Assembly (NCBI GenBank): GCA_002104905.1
Contig: MCFE01000664.1
Coordinates: 1 to 48,731 of the forward strand
DNA from: Basidiobolus meristosporus CBS 931.73
Lineage: Eukaryota > Fungi > Basidiobolomycota
DNA: 48,731 nt
Direction: 5' to 3'
The notes below the pieces were generated by a model. It did not search any database. It saw only the letters and a list, made by a program, of their open reading frames with translations, and was not told where the DNA came from. Made by a program: the position numbers and the translations under genes. How positions within the stretch are numbered: the stretch's first letter is position 1; the number at the start of each line of letters is the position of its first letter. Shown here one piece after another: positions 34,995 through 45,474 of the stretch.

Positions 34995-36422
34995 TGTTGT
35001 AAGAGTCTTGGAGATATTGGAAGTGATTGGGAGAACAAGTAGATTATGTGGTTTTCACTTAATGATTTATTGAATGTAAAAGTGGTATTTATACTTTTAC
35101 CTGGTCTTGGCATTACAAACACGTAGAATAGGTTAAGGAAGGTCCCAAGAACATGTGTGCAAAGTTTGGGGCTGTTTGGACAACTTTGAGAATTTTCATG
35201 TTCTGGGTACCTGGTATTTTGGTGAAAATATTCTAAGTAAATCCCGACAAGGAATTTGGTCAGTATTTTCTAGGATTTGAAGGTAATGATCTAAGTGACT
35301 AAGTTAGGTGAATATTTAGGTGGAAATACGAATTTTTTACAACAAAAACCATACAACCTACTTGTCCTCATCACTTCCAATATCTCCAAGACTCTTACAA
35401 CATAGTATTCCAGAGCTTTGACCATGCCTCAAGACTTTTCCAGTGAGAGTACTGAAGTTGGAGACCAAGGATGTGGTGGTGAACCAGAATACCTTCAATA
35501 ATCCTAAGTCTGCTGACAACATCCTTCCATAATAGCTACCTAGGTATTGGTTTTGTAAAATGGTCACCCTACTTATTACCAACCCTATCTGTCCTCTACC
35601 TTCCCACACACTTTTACATATTCCGGGTCTAAAAAGGATGAATATTAGGCCACCAATGATGGATAAACGCATCCAGCTGATAGAAAATTGCATGCTAGTT
35701 ACTATCCAAAAGTTGTGGTCAAATGAAAGCCACTAACTTCCTAACCTCGCCTCCAAAATGCAGTACGTACATGCTGGTGATTAGATCAACGAGTGGATTT
35801 TTTTCAATAGATTGCCCAGCATGACTACTAAATCGACGGATTTTTTTGTCACCAGACCCATACACATCCTGGGCACTGGCCTTATAGCATAATAGGCAAT
35901 TAAGTAGGTGAATGATTCATATCACTTGTCAAAAGTGGTGGGGAATCTAAGCAACTTTTATGAAATAAACATCTTCTAGCGACCAGTGAAGTGGTTGGCC
36001 TTGCATGAGCAAGTCTTCAAATCTAGATTCTCACACATGTACGACCAAACCGGATTATTACGCAATATATGAAGGTGCATGTCTCCTCTCGTTTGGACTC
36101 CTGACCAAAACCCAATGCTAGTCGAGGGGCGAATCGAATCACCTGATCCACCGCGGGGAGCCAATCGCGAAGAAAGCGGTTTTTTTTTAGCTAATCCCAG
36201 GGGGAAACGGCCGCGATCGAGGAATTCACTGATGGCACCCACTCACCCACTCGCCCACACAAACTGCACCCACCCCGCTGTCGGGCACGCCAGGAAAATT
36301 CAACCAAGTCCAGTGGAAATTGGGCGATTTTTTTTTTATCGACGGACAAACTGCATCACCGGTGACAATCCGGGTCTTTTCCCTTCTTGATTGATATTCG
36401 ACGAGAGAGGGGTCGCGGACAA

Positions 36423-38641
36423 ATGCATCAATCGGACATATCGCTTACCGAACCTGAAGAACGTTTTGGGTTTGAGCAGAATATCTTGACGAAACCAAAC
36501 CCCGAACACACCACTCGAGAAACTACCGGTGGGAACTGGGAGTCCTCGGAGGGCCATATAGATTCCGAAATCTCTTCTCAAGCCACGGATGACTTTGATT
36601 TGAACCCAGAAAATAAACCCACCAACCCCCCAACTATGAACCCCTCTAATCCCATTCCTCCCCACAGCAGCGCCCCTCAAGCCGACCCTCCGGCCCGGGC
36701 ACCCGAGAAGAAGAAGAAACCGGCCAGGAAAGGGCTGCGGCAAAGGCTTTCTCGGGAAGAGGAGGAGTCGCTGACGCTGGACATGCTGGCACTCTTTGAG
36801 GTTTGTTTTCACACTATGGCGCACCCAGGGGAAACCCGACCTCACTAAACCTCGTATTTTTGGTGACCCGCCCAACCGATTACTCAGACCCTTCGCCCGA
36901 CACCTGAGAGTATCGAGCTGAGACACAGGTTCGTGCAGAAGCTGCAGAACATCGTAGAGGTCGAGTGGCCCGACAAGTATATCAAGGTGCACTTATTCGG
37001 GTAAAGCATTCCTATTCTGCTCGCCCGTTCTGCCCACCACCGGACTCACCCCTCTCCCCACCCCAGTTCCTCAGCGAACCTGCTATCCACCTCCACCAGC
37101 GATGTCGACATCTGCATCCTTACCGACTGGGACGACCTTACCAACGTGCACGTTTTGGCCGCCTGTATGCGTAAACGTGAGTCCAAGAATTCTCCCCAAC
37201 AAGGGTTCACTTGAGCATGTCTAACCACCGGGTCCAACAGATGGAATGCGCCGGGTTTACTGCATTGCCGGAGCCAAGGTCCCCATCGTGAAGATGTGGG
37301 ATCCCGAATTGTAAGCACCACCCTTTCCCTTTCCCTTTCGCGATAGCCTATCTGGCAGCCGGCGAGCGGATGGATTAACCTTTTGCTGGGAATATAGGAA
37401 GCTGGCCTGCGACATCAACATCAACCACCCGATCTCCCTGAGGAACACCGAGATGATCCGCACCTACGTTGCGATCGATCCGCGCGTGAGGCTACTCGTG
37501 ATGATCATCAAATACTGGACGAAGCGTCGAGTGCTGAACGACGCAGGTTTGTGGCATTTCCCCTTCAGGACCCCGGTCAATCCCCACTAAGTCGGTTCAT
37601 TCCAGGTGTCGGCGGCACCCTATCAACCTACACATGGGTCAACATGATTCTGAACTTCCTCCAGATGCGCAACCCGCCAGTGCTCCCGAACCTGCAGAGC
37701 ATGGCGAAGGATCGGCCGGACATGCTCGCCATCATCGACGGGGTGGACACGAGCTTCTACGACGACTTCCACTCGCTCATCGGGTTCGGCGACAAAAACA
37801 AGGAGACGCTGGGCGGGCTGCTCTTTGGATTTTTCAAGTAGTGAGTATCCCTTGCCTCTTCACATCTCCCCAGCGACCATGTTAGAATAACGCTCTATGT
37901 AGCTTCGCCCATGAATTTGATTACGACCGACATGTGGTTAGTCTGAGGGAAGGGGGACATCTGCTGAAGACCGACAAAGGATGGCACACCGGGAAGCTGT
38001 TCCGGGTCCTGTGTGTCGAAGAGCCGTTCAGCCCTGACCGCAACCTGGGCAATAGCGCGGATGAGTGGAGCATCGAAGGGATCCGGGAGGAATTCAAGCG
38101 AGCCTACGACATACTGGCCAAAAAGAACGACCTGAAGCTGATGTGCCAAAGATACACCTTCACCACGAAACCGCAACAAGGCGGGGACGCCAAGGACAGA
38201 GTGCCCAAGGCCAATCATGATCGCACCGCCCTGGAGCTCTCGGAGATGAGGAAAACGTTCAAACAGCATTTCCCAGAACTCAGATCGGAGCGTCCGGTCG
38301 CCAAATCGGCCGAGAAGGAGAACGCCCCGCCAAACAAGTGGCAGCTGGCTGGCGAGCGGCTGAAACTGGACGATCTCAATGGAGCCACGTTCGCGAAGAT
38401 CGTGCGGCATGCGAACAACACGGTTGCCAGGCCATCGGAGCAACCGAAGCCAACCAACCACAAGCCACGGCCACCCGCCTCTAGCAAGCCTCGGAAAGTG
38501 CCAGGAAAGCCTCCATCTCAGGACGTCCTTAGAAAGTCGGAGGAGGCGAAACGGACGGCCAAACCTAGCCGGCCATCCAAACCTAGAAACGTGAGCAAGA
38601 AATCGAAAGAGGCCAGCGAGGTGTTACTAGCTGAAAGGTAG
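36423..38641 (+). CDS. Non-canonical poly(A)/terminal nucleotidyltransferase, Cid13/CutA-like (PAP2/Cid1 family), 7 exons, 597 aa
   Basis: Exons 36423-36800, 36888-37000, 37067-37176, 37241-37310, 37398-37546, 37606-37840 and 37903-38641 (all GT-AG; 1,794 nt in frame). Motifs FGSS..SDVDIC, AKVPIVKMWDP, CDININ, KYWTKRRVLNDA..GGTLSTY and the PAP-associated LCVEEPFSPDRNLG. Lys/Pro-rich C-terminal tail. Confidence 0.92.
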
Positions 38642-39249
38642 CCACGGTTCGATACGAAATCCCCTGTACTTTCCCACTCGCCTCCACCGACCGCACTCCG
38701 ATACTCCAGCCAACCCTCTCCCTCTCCCTCTCCATCGATTTCGTTAGCCCTGTCTTTCCAACCATCGAATCACGCAGTAACCCACATAATCCGAATTTAT
38801 ACGGCCCCTCCCCACCCCCCCCCTTTACTCAATGAGTTTTACCTGTAAATCTGTAGTACCAAAAGCCAAAAATCCCCCCGAAAAAACCCCATGTATTAGA
38901 TTGCTCTCAACTAAAAATGAGGGAGCCTCACTCCTGCAATTAGACCAACAAAGGATGGACTCACCAAGTCGACAAGTAAATGCCTGCCAAAACCTGATGT
39001 CCACCAAATAGGCTAGACACGGCACACCGATCGTGATAAAACGCGAAGGTGGAGCTTTTCGATGGCATTCAAAACCAGCGTAATGGATTTATCGTGTGAC
39101 ATGTGCAAGTGGTGATGTGCCATGTAGCCAATTGCTGGGTGAGTGGCTAAGCCATTCGTTCTCAAGTTTCCGAGGAACCTTTTGGGGGGAGGGGAGAATG
39201 TAACCTTTATTTGAGCCAATTGCCCTCCGTTGAATGGTTTAGATCGACC

Positions 39250-42200
39250 TCATTTCTGACGTGATGCAAGGAATAGGTCACGGAAATCGGAATTGCTCTT
39301 GGATGATGTGGCGCTGCTGGACGTCGTTGGGGGACTCGCCAAGGGATGTGCTTTGGCAACCACCCTGGGCTTTTGCGTGGACAGTTTCGTCGCAGGTCTT
39401 TGGATTCGTCGTGGAAGTAGCGCGGTGGGGACGGGCATCCTAGCAAAATGTATGGTCAGGCCAATAGAGGTTTCATCTTGTGCTACCAGAAATACTCACG
39501 CTGGGGATGGTTTTGGTATCTGATTAGAGAGCTTTGCTAGATCCGAGTTCGACGGCTCCACATGAATGGTTTGTCCATCAATCACGGTCTCGTTGAGGCC
39601 GAGAACTGCCTTTCCTACATCCTGGTGAAATAATTGCCATGCTTAGCTCGGCAGTGGCCATTGAAACAAGCAACCGTCCCCAGCACCAACCGATTCCTCG
39701 AAGTACTCCACAATAGCAGCATTTTTCTCCGGGATCAATCTGGCGTTTCGAATATTCCCATACTGAGTGAATCAAGTGGTTAGTGGCGAGATTGTTCCGC
39801 TCTTGCCGCCAATTCCCTACCTTTTTGAACTCCGCCCTCAACGTGACTATGGTGGTTTGCTCGGAAAGTCCTTTGACGTAGACGCTGTGAGACTCGATCC
39901 GCGACTTCTCGTCTGCGTTTTGCTTTCTGCAGAATAAGGGTAACGCTGCTTAGTACTTGGGGATTTCGTTGGATCGTATTGGTATTGGTGAGGCACCTCT
40001 CTTTCTTTCTGTCGACCAATTTCAATGGATCTGCCACGGTGACTGTGATGTGTCTACCGTTGAAATTGTATTCGTTCAGGGACAATGCGGTGCGAGCGCA
40101 GTTCTAGAGGTGAACAGGTTAGGCCAACATTCTTGCTCCTCGTCGAGCCAGAACCCACTTCGAAATGCCTACCTCATCTTGATATTCCACAAAGCCGCAT
40201 CCCTTGGACTTGCCGTCTTCGTTGGGCACAATCCTCACTTCCTGTAGAGCGCCATACTATATTTCCGACGAAGCATGTTATTTGTGTATCCCTTGGGCTT
40301 TGGTCAATCCATGCATACCTGTTGGAATAGGGACTCGAGCTCCTCTTTGGTGGTTTTTAGAGGGAAGTTGGCGACAAAGAGGGTCTTCTGATTGGCAACC
40401 TCTTGACTACCGGATAAGCAGATGATTAGTCGCCCTGTTGGTAATTGGCACCCACTTCAATCTTACCTCGGATTCGGTTTTTTCTTTTTGGAGGGATCCG
40501 AAATTGCAACTGATAACGGCTTTCCTGGTTCGAATTCTTGACCATTCAAGCTGACCGCTGATTCAGCCGATTGCTACTCAACATCAGCATTGAGCATCAA
40601 TGATTGCATCTAACGTAAGAGGTACATACACTGTGTTTAAACTGGACGTATGCAAAGCACCTGGATCTCCCTTCCTTGGTGAGAGGCATGCGTATCTCTT
40701 CGATCTCTCCAAACTGCGAGTAGATTAGGTGCCTGTTGGCATACTCATGATGACTGATCTGTACCACTGACCGACTTGAACAGCTCTCTTATCCAGTTCT
40801 CCTCGATGGTCCGAGAGAAATTACAAACAAAGATGGTCTTCGGATCAGAGGTCTTCTCTGGACTAACATGGGTCGAGATGTCCCTTCCGTTCAACGTGTG
40901 CCCATCCTTTGATTGAGCAGTCTGTGCTTGCTCCTAATCCTCGAGTCAGATGAGTTGCCTGGCGCGGATTTTTCGCTAGACTTCCTACCTCACTAGCAAA
41001 CTCCACGTAAGCATAGCCCTTGGAGGCCCCCTCTTTGTCCTTCACGATTCTGACGTCAACCACCGATCCGCACTAAGACTGCCGTGTTAATAACAATGCT
41101 GATATGCGCCAGACAAGATGGTGTATTCCATACATCCTTGAAGAACTCGGCAAGCTCCACTTCATCCGTGTCGGGGTTGAGGTTGCTGACAAATAGTGTG
41201 AAATCATCCTTTCGTCTACGATGAATAGAATAATCATTAGAATCCCATGAATGTACCAAAGCAAGTCAATGATCCGGTACGTCTTGGAGAGTTTCTGTTT
41301 TTTGGATGCTACAGTAGTGCATTTAGTTCCGTGGTCATACATAGCCGATGAAGAAGGATGCTTAGTAAATACCTGAATTCTCGTCATGCTCATCAGGCTT
41401 ATCTTCCGCCATCGGGCCTTCAAGCTTGCGTTTCTCGGCTTTCTTTTCCTTCTCCTTCTGTCTTCTTTTGGCCTGATGAAGCAAGATTAGGCACAAGCTT
41501 GCGATGTCAGTAGTTGAGCCAACTGTATCGCTACCCGAAATTCCCGATCCTTCTCCAGTCGCTTCTCCCGTTTCTCGGATTCACGCTGAAGTGCGTCGGC
41601 TTCTATGAGACGGGTCTAGTATGGTGATTAGGCCATCAGTGGATTCAACCTCCAGCAAAGATCTCTCCACTAACCTGTTCCTCCCTCTGTTGCAGGATCT
41701 TTCTTTGCTGCATGATTCGGGAGTACGCTAATTCTAAACTTTCGATCGAGCCCGCTTCGTGCTCAAAGCTGAGCCATGCTTCGAAGATCCGCTCGGGCCA
41801 ATCCATCTGTTTCTGGCAAGCCTGTTTGAATATCGATTGTACTTTGCTGACGGCGTTATGTTGCCTTTATGATTGAGATTAAGTCAGAGTCTGGTTTGGG
41901 ATGTCGTCGAATCCATAGCCTCCTAAGGCTTCTTACTTCTCGAACTCTATGTATCTCAGCCAGACATCGCTCTCACCACCTTTACGTTTGATCAAGGAGT
42001 CCCAAAGCTTTCTTGCCTTTACGATATCCTCGACTATACGTGTCTATCGATTCAAATCAGAGCTTGAACCAAGACTGGAACGACGGCAAACCCTACCTCG
42101 GTGTTGATCCAATTATACTCGACTCTGCAGTATGGGTCACCATCGGGAAAGGCTGGAACGAGATAACATCAGGATGCAGTTCGAGGGGTAACTATGCTCG

Positions 42201-44268
42201 GGGCAAATACCGTTTGTGATTGTCTGTAAGATATAGAGGAAGCCGTTGCGAAGGCTTTCTAGAGATGCGCAAAGAACTTTTAGCCCGAAACTCAATGCTG
42301 CTCACTCCGGCACGGCATTACCTGCGTCTTTGTTTTGCTGGAACCGATGTCTAATGAAATCACAATAACCAAAGCTTAGCTTCATAAGCTCCTCTATATT
42401 GCTTTGCAACAGCCCCGATTGTAAGGACTTCTCCACAATAGCTAAATGTATCGGAAACCATAATCAGTCAACTGACAAATGAGCGTCACTAGTGGACGAC
42501 AATGGATGGTACCGTTGATGTCAATCTCGACCCCCCTAAAGCTTTCCTACGAATTGGCGGACAGTTATACACCGGTGGTGACAAGGGAAATGGGTATGAA
42601 AAATACCGTTGTGCGAACAACATGGCTCCATAAATCTCCGGACCAAGGACAGTTTCGTACGCTCCTTTCACAAACTTTTGGGACCACGCTTTGAATTCGG
42701 AAATGGCCCAACTAAGAACACACTATGAGAACCCAGTGCACGAGGACCATGTCAGCTGAAAGGACGCTCACCAGATAGACGATATACTCGTCCCACAGTG
42801 TTGGATCTAGACAGTGGATTTGAAGTGCTCGCTCGTATGTCGTTTTCACATAGAACACGTCTATTTCTTTGTTCTTTTTTAAATACTCGATGTATGCTCG
42901 ATAGGAACTCAAATCATTTGCATTCTGCGCCTATATCCAAAGAGATCAGTCATGATGACGATTACGCACGTTACTGGGAATCAAGCTTACGATGGCGGCT
43001 TCATACTGTTCAAGCTGTGTGCAAAGATTCATGGCCTTCGTGTAAATGGAATTGGCTGCGATCATTTCGGCCTCATAGTCTTGATTGGAATAGTTCGTGA
43101 CGAGGGTAGAGTATTGAGCGAATGTATTTTCCAGATCTGCAGTTACATCGGCTCGCTGGTCAGCGGGATAGTTCCTTCTTGACAAAAAATAATGAGGCGT
43201 ACCTTCGTGTGGAGTGCTGATACGCTTGAGATAGAGCTCCTTAACCCGATTATATTGAACCACGCTACAGCGACCGGTTATTTTGGATGAACTCGATGGA
43301 TTGTTAATGGCCTTCTCATACCTGTGATTTGACTTTGAAAATCAAGCAGGTGGATATTAGACGATTGTTGCAACAAGTCCCCACTGTCTACATACCTCAA
43401 GAAGCCCCATTTCGAAATCTTTAAATGGGTTCCATATAACATGACTCTAAAGAGAAATCAGAATTTACGTCAACGATCTAGCCTTCCAGGGCGACTGACA
43501 CCATGGAACCAACCAATTTGTAATGATGTCCGGTTGCATTCACCGCTCGGTGATATACTTCGCGGACTTTGTCCAGGTGAAAGACAGTTTGGAGAGCCTC
43601 GCTGGATGAACCATCCATGGCTTTATATTCCTCCGTCATATAATTGATGTATCTAAGCCAGATCTCTATAGCTAGTAGAGGATTTAGACACAGAATCATA
43701 CAAGCTGTCGATATGTATCATACATAAATAATCGTCCACTGCCTTTTCAAACAGCGTAAGCACTCGCTCCTTCTCTTCCACATCTACCGCAACAGCGATT
43801 TCGTCCTGAAGCCATTCCAACCATAAAGCTACATACAAATGGTATCGAGATCAGTGGCTGGAGTAAGGGAAATCTTCAAAGAGGGCTTACATTCGGTCAG
43901 TGGAAAATACTGGTGCATCTTTTCCCGCGCCTCTTTCAGCTCCTCAAACACCGAAAGTGAACGAAGCGTATTGATGTACTCTACGTGAAGTTCGTATTGA
44001 TGCGGATTGCCACCTAACTATTTGCGAAAGATCACCCAGCATTAATCACTGTAAAATCACCACCAACCCGCCACCACAACCGTCACCGTGACGGACCATC
44101 AGCCGTCCTTGTGAGGCACCGATGGGTCACGGGGAAACGGACCATTCGCGAAAAGAGGGGAAATACCTGTTCGCGTAATTCCGACACCTTCTTTTCCAAG
44201 CCCGGATCCAACTCGAACTCCTGGATCTCCATCTCATCTGAACTAGAAGAATCCGACGAAACTGACAT
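39250..44268 (-). CDS. PRP24: SART3/Prp24 U4/U6 snRNP recycling factor (HAT repeats, 4 RRMs, C-terminal LSm-interaction motif), 31 exons, 1025 aa
   Basis: Manual GT-AG exon chain gives 3,078 nt in one frame: 44167-44268, 43891-44017, 43724-43828, 43514-43671, 43396-43446, 43322-43332, 43203-43264, 42991-43136, 42772-42930, 42607-42711, 42513-42546, 42322-42441, 42211-42258, 42097-42152, 41937-42043, 41675-41864, 41535-41615, 41373-41472, 41281-41308, 41134-41215, 40989-41072, 40772-40933, 40630-40713, 40467-40573, 40319-40406, 40173-40256, 39997-40103, 39821-39926, 39691-39762, 39500-39621, 39250-39439. Motifs LWLEWLQDE, RSVRNCPWSGDLW, DWPERIFEAW, KGYAYVEF, RCFAYVQF, KGCGFVEY, KSNSDFRDLFL. 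Confidence 0.92.
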
Positions 44269-45474
44269 TGCGTTTACTCCGAAAGATACCCTTGGTGAGG
44301 AAGCTTTATGCCGCTGCAGGCAAGACGACGTAGGATTTAACTAGAAAATTATTTCATCCCGAAAATTGATTAAATCCAGCCATGAGAAGCCTAATTTATG
44401 TCCACTTTGGCTTAAGTGGGCGCTGGTGGCATTCACGGATTAGTTGGATGATCTGCGGATAATCCCAACCTGGTCTGTAGCACGGATTCATTTATGAAGT
44501 CGGGAAACAAGATCGGCTGATCGCTCACATGGATCATTACTGGACTCATCGGGATATATGCATATCCCAATATAAATTGGGGCACCATCCAAATTTAAGG
44601 TATGCACCTTCAACCGATCCCACATCCAGTATCTAGATAACAACTAGTCTATTGGCCAATTCCCACCCAATCCCGGTTATACACCTCAGTGGAAACGGGT
44701 GGTAATGTGAATGTGGTAATTACCCGAGAACCCCGGGGATTGCCTCCTCCCGGAGCCAACCAAAGTGCTGTCTCAGACCACGAGGATCACAATGTTCCTG
44801 AAACCAAGCCAGATCTCACTTCTCATGGCTACTATCCATTCCTATCTATGTTAATCTATCTACCTATATTCTCATGGAATCTAGAAATAGAGAGCAGATT
44901 GAGCTAAAACCACAGTCGATGAGGCATCCTCACATTCAGCAATCTACGATTAAGCTGGTAACGGACGGAAGCAATTCACTTGACCTTGTCCGATCCACAA
45001 ATCATGTGTGCGCTTGCTAATCTTGGTAATGTTCGGGATGGATTCCATGGAATGGTGTGGAGATTAAATTTAATAGGTGCTTTAGACAATTCTCAGATAA
45101 ACAGTGTAGGAATATAGGAGTCAACGAAACAAGTCGGTCTAGAAGGGGTGACATTCTACATATGGATTTTTCAGTGATCCAACCAACAGCATGGTGCAGG
45201 TCCTTGGGGTGCCGTCGAAGACACATTGCCAGTGCTTCAAAAAGGTCTAGATTGAGATTGGGTCTATTATGAGCTGGCATCAAGAAGTTGAACCGGTGGG
45301 ATATACGATAGTGTTGGGCTAGTGTGGGCGGCCGCAAGCTGGGTTCTTACTATTTACATAAAACATTCCGATAAGCCATGTGTTGAGAAGCGTGGAAATA
45401 AGCACAAAGTAATGAATGGTTGAGCGTTTTCAAATATCATGAGCAGATTAGAAGCTAGTGTCGAGGCGTGGGAA

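Larger units (their letters stand above)
30659..35344 (-). mobile_element. Full-length young Ty1/Copia retrotransposon c9 (4,686 bp)
   Basis: 350-bp LTRs at 30659-31008 and 34995-35344 with no difference found by eye. TGTTGTAA/TTACAACA ends. TSD AAAAC at 30654-30658 and 35345-35349. PBS and PPT present. Confidence 0.97.
30420..35402 (+). mobile_element. Old diverged Copia family 1 LTR (30420-30658 plus 35345-35402) split by the youngest element
   Basis: The two flanks join as ..cagtgaaaac|catacaacctacttg..ctcttacaaca, matching the LTR consensus. Confidence 0.8.

Noticed and set aside
34995-35122. Gag ORF open upstream through the PBS into the 5' LTR (MFVMPRPGK...), seen in several copies
   Set aside because: The in-LTR start codons lie upstream of the TATA-like gtataaat in the LTR, so they are probably not on the transcript. 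Recurrence only reflects copy identity.
36336-38487. Long antisense ORFs (36336-36992, 37895-38461) over the nucleotidyltransferase
   Set aside because: They overlap well-supported exons in GC-rich coding DNA and show no motifs, as expected for shadow ORFs.
44551-44568. Hairpin gggatat-atgc-atatccc upstream of SART3
   Set aside because: A single 7-bp stem is expected by chance in 48 kb, and nothing else supports it.
44530-45340. Possible small genes between SART3 and the GATA gene (ORFs 44689-44907 +, 45017-45337 -)
   Set aside because: No recognisable motif and no consistent start/splice chain could be built. It could be UTR or promoter DNA.
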